DNA of 63,603 bases, the filler included, from Babesia bigemina (lineage: Eukaryota): the NCBI RefSeq assembly GCF_000981445.1. It is 10 parts of 10 records of this genome, joined end to end, with 100 filler letters (N's around TTAATTAATTAA, not from the genome) between each part and the next. Parts side by side here need not be neighbours in the genome. Positions count along the whole stretch, not along the records: positions 41,918 to 49,079 come from NW_012236961.1; positions 49,180 to 56,354 come from NW_012236962.1; 8 more parts are not named here. One strand, given 5' to 3'. Below the pieces are notes generated by a model. The model ran no database searches and had not been told where the DNA came from. It saw only the letters and a program-made list of their open reading frames with translations. Positions 42,109 to 53,100 of the stretch are shown one piece after another. The position numbers and the translations under genes were made by a program. The stretch's first letter is position 1. Each line of letters opens with the position of its first letter.

Positions 42109-43035
42109 TTGGTAAGGTGCTTGGTCATGGCATTGGTCAGCACCTTGGTCAACACATTGGTCATGGCATTGGTCAGCACATTGGTCAGCACATTGGTCAC
42201 CACGTTGGTCACCACTTTGGTCAGCACCTTGGTCACCACTTTGGTCATGGCATTGGTCAGCACTTTGGTCATGGCATTGGTCAGCACATTGGTCAACACT
42301 TTGGTCAGCACCTTGGTCATCACGTTGGTCAGCACATTGGTCAGCACATTGGTCAGCACTTTGGTCGTGGCATTGGTCAGCACATTGGTCAGCACATTGG
42401 TCAGCACATTGGTCACCACGTTGGTCAGCACCTTGGTCACCACTTTGGTCATGGCATTGGTCAGCACTTTGGTCAACACATTGGTCATGGCATTGGTCAG
42501 CACATTGGTCAGCACATTGGTCACCACGTTGGTCACCACTTTGGTCAGCACCTTGGTCACCACTTTGGTCAGCACCTTGGTCACCACTTTGGTCATGGCA
42601 TTGGTCAGCACTTTGGTCAACACATTGGTCATGGCATTGGTCAGCACATTGGTCAGCACATTGGTCACCACGTTGGTCACCACTTTGGTCAGCACCTTGG
42701 TCACCACTTTGGTCATGGCATTGGTCAGCACTTTGGTCATGGCATTGGTCAGCACATTGGTCAACACTTTGGTCAGCACCTTGGTCACCACGTTGGTCAG
42801 CACCTTGGTCAACACGTTGATCGTGGCATTGGTCAGGTGCTTGGTCAGCACCTTGGGCAGCACTTTGGTCATGGCATTGGTCAACACGTTGGTCATGGCA
42901 TTGGTCAGCACATTGGTCACCACGTTGGTCATGGCATTGGTCAGGTGGTTGGTCACCACCTTGGTCAGCATCTTGGTCAGCATCTTGGTCACCACGTTAC
43001 TCGTGGCTTTGGTCAGCACGTTGGTCAGCACTTTA
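42109..43035. repeat. R12 minisatellite, about 77 units
   Basis: 12-nt period with repeated blocks of variant units. Confidence 0.97.
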
Positions 43036-43158
43036 GTTAACTATTACACAATCACATACAGCGGTTAATGTGTGATACAACAGATTAAAGCACAATTCAT
43101 AAGTTAGGTGAGTAGGTGATATGCTAGGTGAGTGTAGACAGTAAACACGTGAGTACGA

Positions 43159-46100
43159 TTATGGTTGCAGATAAAACACCCTGTTAAGCTTGTTAACGCG
43201 TCCAGCAGCAAGTAGTGATTGAGCAGCTATGCGATGCGATGAGGGTGAGTGCAAATGCGATTTGATGTGGAGGAGATCGAGCCGGATGACCATGATGTGG
43301 AGGAGGTACAACAAGGAGAGGAGCCAGAGGGCCATTACAAGGTAGGAGAAGGGTTCACGAATTCTCCACAGGAGCATGTCACATTCGTCGAATAATTTTG
43401 AGAAGTAATTGGAACGCGTGACCTTGAACAATAGCGTTTGGAAATCAAAACATTTCATGGCGGATTTGCGAGCATCCAGCGTCGGCGCGTCTTGGAATGC
43501 GAAACCATATCTGTACAATGTTGGCATGACACCACTACATTTGACCATTGAGGCGCACTGACATGTATTATCCAGTACACCATGTTCGCCCTTTTTACAT
43601 TTGCCATTCAAGCAGCTTCTGCAACCCCAATCGTTGCAAAAGATGTCTTTAAAAGCGCCGAGGAGACTTTCAAGATACTTGTGGAAATTCCACGGGAGAT
43701 ATAAAACCCATGAGAGATATGCGTTGGAATGTTTGTTGGCCAAATACAAGTATGAATCGGCGCATAACGATTCAAGATATGGAGCGGAGTACTGGTTTTT
43801 GTTGCACGTGCTCGACGACGTAAGATCCATCAGATGACTGTCTTCGCACTTGGGTTCCTCAGCTGTGCAATGACTGTAAGCGTTGCTAACTGCATCCGTG
43901 AGTTCGGATGCGTTCTTATACAGATCGATTGATACGCCGTTGATTGACTTGTCGATGGAATCTTTCAGAGTCTGGGTGTCGTACTTGGAGCGACTAGTCC
44001 ATCCAGTGACTAGCGACAAGGTGAAAGAGAAATGCTCGGGCAATGTTGACGGCGCTTTGGGAGCTAGGCAAAGGAAGGATGCGAGATAGGGGTTGCCGAA
44101 GAATTTGGCCAGCACGTTGCACAGGTCTCTCCCTGTCTTCATGCTACCGGAGAAACCCCTAAACCCGAGAGGCGTCAAGCAGGGCATCCCTGGCTTATTA
44201 CTTGGACAGGTTTTGCATTCGTATCTACAGCCGATTGAAGTCAGCTGATGAGGCAGGCAACCGACGTGACAGTCGGATAGGTAACTCATTAATGGGGACT
44301 TTGGTTGGCAATTTGGTTGGCACTTTGACCTGTCGGTTGGATGCTCCTTGCAGGGCCACGTAGCTGGTTGCACGTCCCTACCGTAAGTGCACTGCAACCA
44401 ACCGTTATGCGATGCGCCGACGGAACACTGTGTCTGCAAAAATCTGAGTGGCGGAAACAGTCTGCGGAGGATGTCCAGAAGCATGTCCAGGCAATCTTCG
44501 CCGGAAGCGGGGTACTTGAATTTAAATGAGTTATTGCACAGGTCGCTCCCATAGATGGTGTCCGCGTCTCCAGTGCCAGCGATACTAACGAGAAGATCGT
44601 ACGATGATGAACAGAGAATCTCAAGCGCTTCATTAATGCCATACCACGTGATTTTCCTTGGATTAGCATCCAGGTATGAGGATTCGTGGTCAAGCAGTGA
44701 GATACCATCGACGTCTGCAAGCGCTTTGTTCGGGTTGTCAAGCAAGTTACCGATGCCGTCATGTAACAACGAGTGCTGTGCGACGCTGTATGGAAGGCCA
44801 CTGAGCCAAATCAACATCTCATATGTAGAGCATGGTTGCCTCTTCGCGAAGTGAGTTGAGTAGTGGCACACTTCATTATACCTGTCTATGTGATTTAGAA
44901 GACAATCGAGAAGATCAGCGAACTTAAAGGATGCCTGTTTTTTCGGCTTACCTTCTTCAGTCAAATTCGATTCGCAAGCTGTAAGATGTGAAGTAATTTG
45001 ACGGTCATCGATGTTTGCTGTCACTTTTGCAAGTATATCTGCACCCGTTATACTCCTCCTACATTGCGTTTCTCCGTCCTTCGAATTTTCATTTTGGGCG
45101 ACCAGGTATCCACAGCGTTGTAGGAACAAACCAAGTGGGTTGTCTGTGTCACCTTGTGTTAAGCAAAGTTTCTTACTTCCCCAGTTGTCGTCACATTTAT
45201 TTATCAATCTGATTATGTCTTCGTAAATAAAGTTGAAAATCGTCAGGAGTATTTTGGCGAGCTTGGTGCCATCCGGGGTTGAAACGGTAATCCATCTGGG
45301 AGGCCCATTCAAGTCAACTATTTGTCCGGTTCTCTGAACCAAATTATCGAAGTCAATATGATCAGAATGCCCATCATACACCCTCACGTACGCTTTATCC
45401 AACTCCTTCACGAACGCACGCGACCCTGGCACGAGACTCCTGGACACCCTCTGGGCGGTGTTGGCATACGTCTGCTGGGCGAAGTCGTCAATCTCGCTTT
45501 TTACCTTCGCCAGATTTTTGGTAAAAGTGTGGTCGTAGCGGGTGAGGGAGGTGAGCAGGGTGCTTAGAGCGTTGGAAATTGCGTTGACACGGCCCGTTAG
45601 TGGCAGCAGGTCGGGTTGCGTTCGCAAATCATCAAAGAAATTGGTGAAGCTGTTTTTGACAATTGGCGCCAAGTCGGAGAGCTTCTTTTCGGGTAGCTGG
45701 GGACGGGATGCAGGTTGAGTGAAATCACTAAACGGTGGTATGAATTTGCTGCGCAATTTTGATAAATAGCCTTTGAGGCTGAGGTCTTTGTCGTTCTCTA
45801 TTATTTGCTTAATTTCAGTGAATTGGTCGTCAACGATTTTATAAAGGGCGGCGACTTCATTTTTCTTCCTCTCCGCATATACATCCTTGATTTGATTTTG
45901 CATATTGTGGAACGCTGCAGTTATGTCTGCATTAACCAAACGACGCAACTCATCGAATACAGATGTTGTCCTCTGAGGTGCAGCAATATATAATCGGTTC
46001 GCAAATCGCATACAATGTTGTAGCTCCGCCTGTACAGTTTCGACGTTTGTTCGTACTTTATTAACTTCTTCAACGAGCAATTTGATATTGTCTTTCAGTA

Positions 46101-48330
46101 CTTTTAGGTCCTTGTGAACACTGCCATCTTTCGAATTGTTGTCGCCAACCTTATTTTGTAAGAAATCTTTTAAGTCATTCTCGAGTTGCGTTGTTTGCTT
46201 CATAAGCGTAGATGAACCCTGCACTGCAGCTGCAGGCGTATCTGTGGTCTCACCCACATTACGAAGACCTGCGAATTTATCTCGAATTCCATTAAGGTGA
46301 TCCCTGATCATATCATCAATCTTCACCCACAAAGTATGTATGCCTTTAATCGCCGTATCTTTGAGAAGAGCGGTGAGTTGTTTGTTAGCCGCGTCGAACT
46401 TTTCGTCCATGGCCCTAACTTTATCGGCAATATGAGTGTTGTTGGTGGCGGTGTAACCTGTATTCGTTGCGACTTTCTGCGCCTGATCGAGACTCTCGTC
46501 AAGCGTCTGGATTCTCGGCTTCACATCTGATAGCGCCTTATCAATCTTGTCTCCGGGATGATTGGTTGTGAGTTGTTTGCCTAGATCTTCGACACTTGGT
46601 ATGACCTGCGTTAGTTTCTTAATTTGAGACACATCGGCAAATCTTTTCAGTTCTTTAGCAACATGCTGGAAGGTATGTACTAAGCACTGCACTATTGTCC
46701 TAACGGCTGATTCTAGATTGCGTCTAAAATTTGCTTTCCCATCGTTTAGCCCTAGTTCCTTTTCAATGGCCAGCACTGCTGCCCCAATAGATGAATTTAA
46801 CGTGTCATTTAGTGTATTACTAATTTGCTTTGCGAAACCGTCAAACTTTGCTGCAATATTATCCACATTTGCGTCTCTAAGATGCGTTTGTGCAACCATA
46901 GTAATTTCTGTATGAATATGCCCTGGGAGATGTCGCTCAATAGCTGATTTTATACTCTCAGCATTCTTTTGCTGCAGCTTACCCTGGCCCTGGTTAAGTG
47001 TGACATACTGACGAATTTTACTCCGAACAATGCTTTCATCGGTGTCCTCTAATATATTATGAATCCACTCCTTTACCACATCAGCTTCAAAGGCCTCCCT
47101 GCTAAAGCCCTCTGCATACTTCTTAACTCCGGCCACAATCACCTTCAGCGTTCCAGTCGCTGCACCACCTTCTTCACCGATCAAACCTCCAACACATCCT
47201 TCAATATCTTCTCTAATTGCATCCCAATTGTGATATATGCTGTTGTTTTCCGGTTCAGCGTCGCCTGGCAATGTTTTAGGTTCACCAATGCTGGCTTTAA
47301 TTGTGCTAACCTCCTTTTTAATGGTAGGCAGAATTGCAGTTCCGACATGCTGTTTCATTTCGCTTACTATCTGGTCTTTCAGCTGCTGAATCTGCTTAGT
47401 CAAATTCCATATATCTTCACCTTGCTTTTGATAACTCTTCAAATGGTCTTTTGGTACCGCAATTTTTACTTGCCCTTCGAGCTTTATAAGCAAAATAATT
47501 TGCTGCCGCAGCTTCTCCACTTCCTCCTTAAGCGTTTGTTTCTCCCTCTCGACCAACGTCTTAACCTCAGACGCACTATGTATTATTTGCTGTAAACCGC
47601 CAACGATATCCCTTCCATACTTATCGATTATATCTTTAATACCCTGATCTACTACGTTTGAATACATCGTAAGATCGCCGATGGACTGAGCTAACGCTAA
47701 GAATTTCTTATCACGCAAAGCTGTTAATTTCTCACACAAGTTAAGAAGCTGTGTTTTTAGATAGTACTGGATCCATTTGCACTTTTCAACTGCAACGTTT
47801 TCAAACTGCGACAGCGCTTCACTTAACTTGCTTTCAGTGAAACGGAAAATTATTTTCAAATCTCTAACTTTTGCGTCCTCCTTGAACGTTCCCGTGGCCT
47901 GAACCAGCAATGAAATGTTACACTTTAACTTACCTGATAGCTGGGAGTCAAGATGCTTCATGTCCTTCTCCGCTGCTACGACGTGAAGTCTATACTGCTC
48001 GGCGCGTGCAGTCCAATTTTGAATCTGCGTGGAAAGGTCAGAGAGCTTTTCATTGTCAATATTGTCTTTGTGACGTGTCAAATCGTTCATTAAATGCGTA
48101 ATATTGTCTGTTACTTTTTTTGTTTTTTCACCAACTTCACCCTCATACCCCTCCAACCACCCCTTCACCGCGGCGACAGCATCCACAAGCCCAGCACGCC
48201 CGGAGCCAATATTTTTAGATAATGTTTCTAGTACTTTTTCAAGCTTATTATTCTCAGGCATGTATTCATTGTATTTTTTAACTGCATCATCATCTTTCAC
48301 CGCATCAAGCACACCACTCAAAAATCCCAT
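43159..48330 (-). CDS. ves1: ves1-like antigen, copy 7 (A-type tail)
   Basis: First ATG 48330; frame open to 48483; family motifs, TM, RVFYLQP. Confidence 0.8.
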   Translation of the reverse strand: MGFLSGVLDAVKDDDAVKKYNEYMPENNKLEKVLETLSKNIGSGRAGLVDAVAAVKGWLEGYEGEVGEKTKKVTDNITHLMNDLTRHKDNIDNEKLSDLSTQIQNWTARAEQYRLHVVAAEKDMKHLDSQLSGKLKCNISLLVQATGTFKEDAKVRDLKIIFRFTESKLSEALSQFENVAVEKCKWIQYYLKTQLLNLCEKLTALRDKKFLALAQSIGDLTMYSNVVDQGIKDIIDKYGRDIVGGLQQIIHSASEVKTLVEREKQTLKEEVEKLRQQIILLIKLEGQVKIAVPKDHLKSYQKQGEDIWNLTKQIQQLKDQIVSEMKQHVGTAILPTIKKEVSTIKASIGEPKTLPGDAEPENNSIYHNWDAIREDIEGCVGGLIGEEGGAATGTLKVIVAGVKKYAEGFSREAFEADVVKEWIHNILEDTDESIVRSKIRQYVTLNQGQGKLQQKNAESIKSAIERHLPGHIHTEITMVAQTHLRDANVDNIAAKFDGFAKQISNTLNDTLNSSIGAAVLAIEKELGLNDGKANFRRNLESAVRTIVQCLVHTFQHVAKELKRFADVSQIKKLTQVIPSVEDLGKQLTTNHPGDKIDKALSDVKPRIQTLDESLDQAQKVATNTGYTATNNTHIADKVRAMDEKFDAANKQLTALLKDTAIKGIHTLWVKIDDMIRDHLNGIRDKFAGLRNVGETTDTPAAAVQGSSTLMKQTTQLENDLKDFLQNKVGDNNSKDGSVHKDLKVLKDNIKLLVEEVNKVRTNVETVQAELQHCMRFANRLYIAAPQRTTSVFDELRRLVNADITAAFHNMQNQIKDVYAERKKNEVAALYKIVDDQFTEIKQIIENDKDLSLKGYLSKLRSKFIPPFSDFTQPASRPQLPEKKLSDLAPIVKNSFTNFFDDLRTQPDLLPLTGRVNAISNALSTLLTSLTRYDHTFTKNLAKVKSEIDDFAQQTYANTAQRVSRSLVPGSRAFVKELDKAYVRVYDGHSDHIDFDNLVQRTGQIVDLNGPPRWITVSTPDGTKLAKILLTIFNFIYEDIIRLINKCDDNWGSKKLCLTQGDTDNPLGLFLQRCGYLVAQNENSKDGETQCRRSITGADILAKVTANIDDRQITSHLTACESNLTEEGKPKKQASFKFADLLDCLLNHIDRYNEVCHYSTHFAKRQPCSTYEMLIWLSGLPYSVAQHSLLHDGIGNLLDNPNKALADVDGISLLDHESSYLDANPRKITWYGINEALEILCSSSYDLLVSIAGTGDADTIYGSDLCNNSFKFKYPASGEDCLDMLLDILRRLFPPLRFLQTQCSVGASHNGWLQCTYGRDVQPATWPCKEHPTDRSKCQPNCQPKSPLMSYLSDCHVGCLPHQLTSIGCRYECKTCPSNKPGMPCLTPLGFRGFSGSMKTGRDLCNVLAKFFGNPYLASFLCLAPKAPSTLPEHFSFTLSLVTGWTSRSKYDTQTLKDSIDKSINGVSIDLYKNASELTDAVSNAYSHCTAEEPKCEDSHLMDLTSSSTCNKNQYSAPYLESLCADSYLYLANKHSNAYLSWVLYLPWNFHKYLESLLGAFKDIFCNDWGCRSCLNGKCKKGEHGVLDNTCQCASMVKCSGVMPTLYRYGFAFQDAPTLDARKSAMKCFDFQTLLFKVTRSNYFSKLFDECDMLLWRIREPFSYLVMALWLLSLLYLLHIMVIRLDLLHIKSHLHSPSSHRIAAQSLLAAGRVNKLNRVFYLQP

Positions 48331-48635
48331 CACTGCATCGCAAAGCCTATCCAGGTCAGAGTACACTATCCCAGTGCCGTCGTAGCCTTTGGACTCAGAG
48401 TTGAAGCCGAGGAATTTTTCGAGGCCAGAGCAGAGGTTAGTAAGGATGTTAGTAGGGTTGTTATTTGAGGTATTTTTAGAGTTTTAAATTTTGTCAAATT
48501 TCTTGTCAAGCTCCCTGGGAGGCACATGGTCAGGGCAGTGGCAAGCGGTGGAAGAGGGGAAGTGAAGGGTGACAAGGCAGGAGTTATTAGGATGGTTTAT
48601 AGAGGTCATAGCGGTATTATGGCGAGGTAATTCAA
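48331..48635 (-). other. Conserved cassette leader: ATG 48609 in frame, TAA at codon 42 (48484-48486)
   Basis: MTSINHPNNSCLVTLHFPSSTACHCPDHVPPRELDKKFDKI*NSKNTS... Confidence 0.85.
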
Positions 48636-49079
48636 GGGGTGTAGAGTGGATAAAGGGGCGATGTAGAGTGGGTTAAGGGGCGATGTAGAGTGGGTTAAGG
48701 GGCGATGTAGAATGGGTTAGGGAGCGATGTGGAGTGGGTTAGGGAGCGATGTAGAGTGGGTTAGGGAGTGATGTAGAGTGGGTTAGGGAGCGATGTAGAG
48801 TGGATAAGGGGCGATGTAGAGTGGGTAAAGGGGCGATGTAGAGTTGGTTAGGGAGCGATGTAGAGTGGATTAAGGGGCGATGTGGAGTGGGTTAGGGAGC
48901 GATGGAGAGTGGGTTAGGGAGCGATGTAGAGTGGATAAAGGGGCGATGTAGGGTGGGTTAGGGAGCGATGTAGAGTGGATAAAGGGGCGATGTAGAGTTG
49001 ATAAGGGGCGATGTAGAGTGGATAAGGACCGATGTGGAGTGGGTTAAGGGGCGATGTAGAGTGGATAAAGGGGCGATGT
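48636..49079. repeat. R22 minisatellite upstream of ves copy 7
   Basis: 22-nt units. Confidence 0.97.
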
Positions 49080-49179
49080 NNNNNNNNNNNNNNNNNNNNN
49101 NNNNNNNNNNNNNNNNNNNNNNNTTAATTAATTAANNNNNNNNNNNNNNNNNNNNNNNNNNNNNNNNNNNNNNNNNNNN

Positions 49180-49365
49180 TGTCATCGCTGCCGTAACCAT
49201 GTCATCGCTGCCGTGTCCATGACATCGCTGCCGTGACCATGTCATCGCTGCCGTGACCATGTCATCGCTGCCGTAACCATGTCATCGCTGCCGTGTCCAT
49301 GTCATCGCTGCGGTAACCATGTCATGTCATCGCTGCCGTGACCATGTCATCGCTGCCGTGACCAT
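49180..49365. repeat. R20 minisatellite
   Basis: 20-nt units. Confidence 0.95.
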
Positions 49366-49369
49366 CAAC

Positions 49370-50030
49370 TTGGTCAACACGTTGGTCACCACTTTGGGCA
49401 GCATCTTGGTCAACACTTTGGGCAGCATCTTGGTCAACACGTTGGTCAGCACTTTGGTCATGGCATTGGTCAACACATTGGACAGAATCTTGATCAGCAT
49501 CTTGGTCAGCACATTGGTCAACACGTTAGTCAACACTTTGGTCACCACTTTGGTCATGGCATTGGTCAGCACTTTGGTCATCACGTTGGTCATGGCATTG
49601 ATCAACACCTTGGTCAGCACTTTGGTCACCACGTTGGTCAGGTGCTTGGTCACCACTTTGGTCATGGCATTGGTCAGCACATTGGTCACCACTTTGGTCA
49701 GCACTTTGGTCATGGCATTGTTCACCACTTTGGTCAACACGTTGGTCATGGCATTGGTCAGCACATTGGTCAACACTTTGGGCAGCATCTTGGTCAACAC
49801 CTTGGTCAGCACATTGGTCAGCACGTTGGTCAGCACATTGGTCATCACGTTGGTCATGGCATTGGTCAGCACATTGGTCACCACTTTGGGCAGCATCTTG
49901 GTCAACACCTTGGTCAGCACTTTGGTCATGGCATTGTTCACCACTTTGGTCAACACGTTGGTCAGCACCTTGGTCAACACGTTGGTCAGCACATTGGTCA
50001 TGGCATTGGTCAGCTACTAGATCACCACAT
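49370..50030. repeat. R12 minisatellite
   Basis: 12-nt period. Confidence 0.96.
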
Positions 50031-50153
50031 CAGTTAACTACTACACAATCACATACAACGATTAATGAGTGATGCAACAGATTAAAGCACAATTCATAAT
50101 TTAGGTGAGTAGGTGATGCTAGGTGAGTGTAGATAGTAAACACGTGAGTACGA

Positions 50154-53100
50154 TTATGGCTGCAGGTACGATATCTTGCCAAGTCTGCCAACACGCGCAG
50201 CAGCAAGTAGTGATTGCGCAGCAATCCTATGACTCGAGGGACTATGTAGATGCGATTTGATATGGAGCAGATCGAGGCGGATGACCATGATGTGGAGGAG
50301 GTACAACAGAGAGAGGAGCCAGAGGGCGACGTTGAGCCAGATGAAGGGGGCGCGGATGGCAAAAAAGAAATTGTCAATAGTCTTGAAAAAGTAGTCGAAT
50401 TGTGAGGAATTGAGTAATTGCTTTAACTTGCTGTAAAAGTCATGACATGTTTTCTTCCGTTTGTTTAATTCACTCGCATTGTACAGTGTCATTCCATATT
50501 TGTACAACATACGGAGAACGCCTCCACACTGAACTATTGAAGAGCAATTACACACAGCTGCGTCTTCTATCATATCACCATGTTTACCAACAGTACACGT
50601 GCAGGATAAGCATCCAGATGCTTTGCATGATATATTATGGAAGTCGTTCAACAGATCATCGAGCATCTTTTTGAAAGTCCACGGCAGATAGATCATCCAT
50701 GAGACGTATAGTCGGGCATGTTTGGCAGGGAATGTGTGATTGGTGTAATGACCGAGAGGCATAAGGTAGGGAATGCAAACACCGCTGGGACATTCATGTC
50801 CCATGACTATGCCCGAAAGGTCGTAATGCATTATTTCATTTTCAACTTTATAACCTGGATGATTGTCCACGATGCAATTCACGTATGAATATGATGTGGT
50901 GAGGGACTTAGCCTCGTAATTATTATGGAGAGATCTGCAGTTTTTAAACGGGAAACATGACTCAATGACGCTTTTGATTGCTTGTACATATTTTTCATTA
51001 TAGCTGTAGGTTTTTGACTTCCAGTTTCTGAACAATAGACAATAAAAGGATATCATGTCGCTTAAACTGCTTGGAGGCACCGGGCAGAGAAGTGACAACC
51101 CTCTGTAAAGCGACGCAAGAAGAGCGTCAGCGTCATTTGCCACGAAGTGCAACACTGCGGCAATGTCCTTTCCCGTGCCACTTAACGAAGCTACATAACC
51201 AAGGTTACCAAAGCCCATGGGCGTTATACATGGCGTACCAGGTGACGCCATTGGACATGTCGCACATTTGAGTTTTGTTCCTTCGAAGGTTAAAGCGTGA
51301 GGCAAGAAACCAGACAGGCCATCTTCCAGGAACGACTGCAAAGGAGATTTTACACCGCACTTAGGCCTTTGGTCGCACGGTTGGTTACCAATTTGGTTAC
51401 ATCTTTGGTTACCCATTTGGTTAGGTGTTTGGTTACCTTCTTGATAAGAGCATTGCACGGTATTGCATAGCCACTGATATCCGGATACGTTACGCCCGTA
51501 CTCACAGTCATACCAGCCATTGGCTTGAGACGTGGTATATTGACACTGAGCATGTAGGAAGTAGAGCGCAGTCCAAAGACGCTTACATATATCGCGCAAC
51601 ATATCGAAGACACCTGAAACGTTAGCAGGATAATGGAAATTACGAGAATTGTTGGACACGTCACACGCGTAAGGGTAGTCTGCGTTAGGGACGCCATGAC
51701 CGTGGCCTTGTATTGTATTGACGACACGGTAGGAATGAAGGCAAGTAGCACGCAGCGTTTTATACAGCTCACCCTTGAGGATATTGCTAATTACCGGGTC
51801 GGGGTCTTTGGATCTTTTGGCAGCGTCCTCGACTTCCTCTCCCAGCAGCTTAGAGCAATGCGATTCAATTTTCGCGTATACCGATGTGAAGGGGAGACCA
51901 GCAAGCCACGACAACATGTCACGTACGCTGCAGGGGTATTGTGGATGCGTTGGAACGGTTAGATGACACACCTTATTATATTCGGTTAAGTGAGTGGAGA
52001 GGCATTCAAGAATGTTAAATAGATGAAAAGCTTTAATTTTATTGCGTACGTTTGATTTACACAGAATCAGATGTTCGTTGTTTTTGACACCGCTAATGGG
52101 CAATGTAAATCTCTTAGAGATGTGCTCCCCAAGTATCTTGTCGCAATCATGCAGCTCTCCATTCTGCTTGCCTTGGTCGGACACAATGAAGCCTAGACCA
52201 TCGAATAATTTCCCCAAATCGGTGGATTTGTTAATTTGTATGCCACCCAAACTCTTGCAATTAATACTCAATACAGTCAATGAACTCATCACCATCTCCA
52301 CTATCGTCAGGCAGACCTTGGCGCAGTTGCGGCCCTCAGGGGTTAATTCAAAAACAGGTTTCTTGGGAGTTGTAGGCTTTTCAGCAGCATCTTTAGACTT
52401 AACTTCCTTCAGCAACTCACCCTGGAATTGTTTCCCCGAGTACCTGTTCACGTACGCGAGGCCGAGTTGCGCGGTGAAGTTGGAGAGGCCGGCCTTGAGG
52501 GGGGCGAGGAGGGGGGAGGGGGAGGAGAAGGAGGGAGAAAGTTTACTAAGAGAGTCATTAAGGGCAGTCAAATAAGACACATAAATGTGGTCGAAATTAT
52601 GAACTTTTGTGTCATTGATTGTTAGGTAGCCAAGCAAGTTGTCCAGTACGGTCTTGATATCCTTGACCCTCTCGGACTGGTCGGTGGGCAAATTAGCAGT
52701 CTGTCCGGGCGTATTTGCTTGATGTTCAACGTACTGCAGAACCATGTTTGAATAACCTCTGAATTTGTCAGACAGGTTTGGTGAAGCATTCGAATTTTCT
52801 TTTATGAATTCCAACGTATACATATCATTGCCATTATGCATCCACTTTAATAAGCCTTTAATGCCGTTGCTTTTATCCTCGTCAATTTTGTTTTTGATGT
52901 TCATGATATCTTTAGTAAGAACATCGGACACAGCTTTCAGAATGTTACTAAGCTTCTTGTAGTAGTCCGTTCTAACTTTCTTCTGAAATTCGCTGGTGAG
53001 ATTGGTTAGTAGCGTTGAAGCCGTGGCATTAATATATTTTATTGCAAAATCGGTCTGAACCAGAACGACATCATTATAAAAGTTGCGTGCTTCCGTTTCC

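Noticed and set aside
41977..43068. Long ORFs VLTN/LVST/GQH/ADQ (also 631-913, 26361-26893, 33964-34696, 49319-50037, 59637-59926)
   Set aside because: Open in several frames only because the R12 unit lacks stops; no unique coding sequence.
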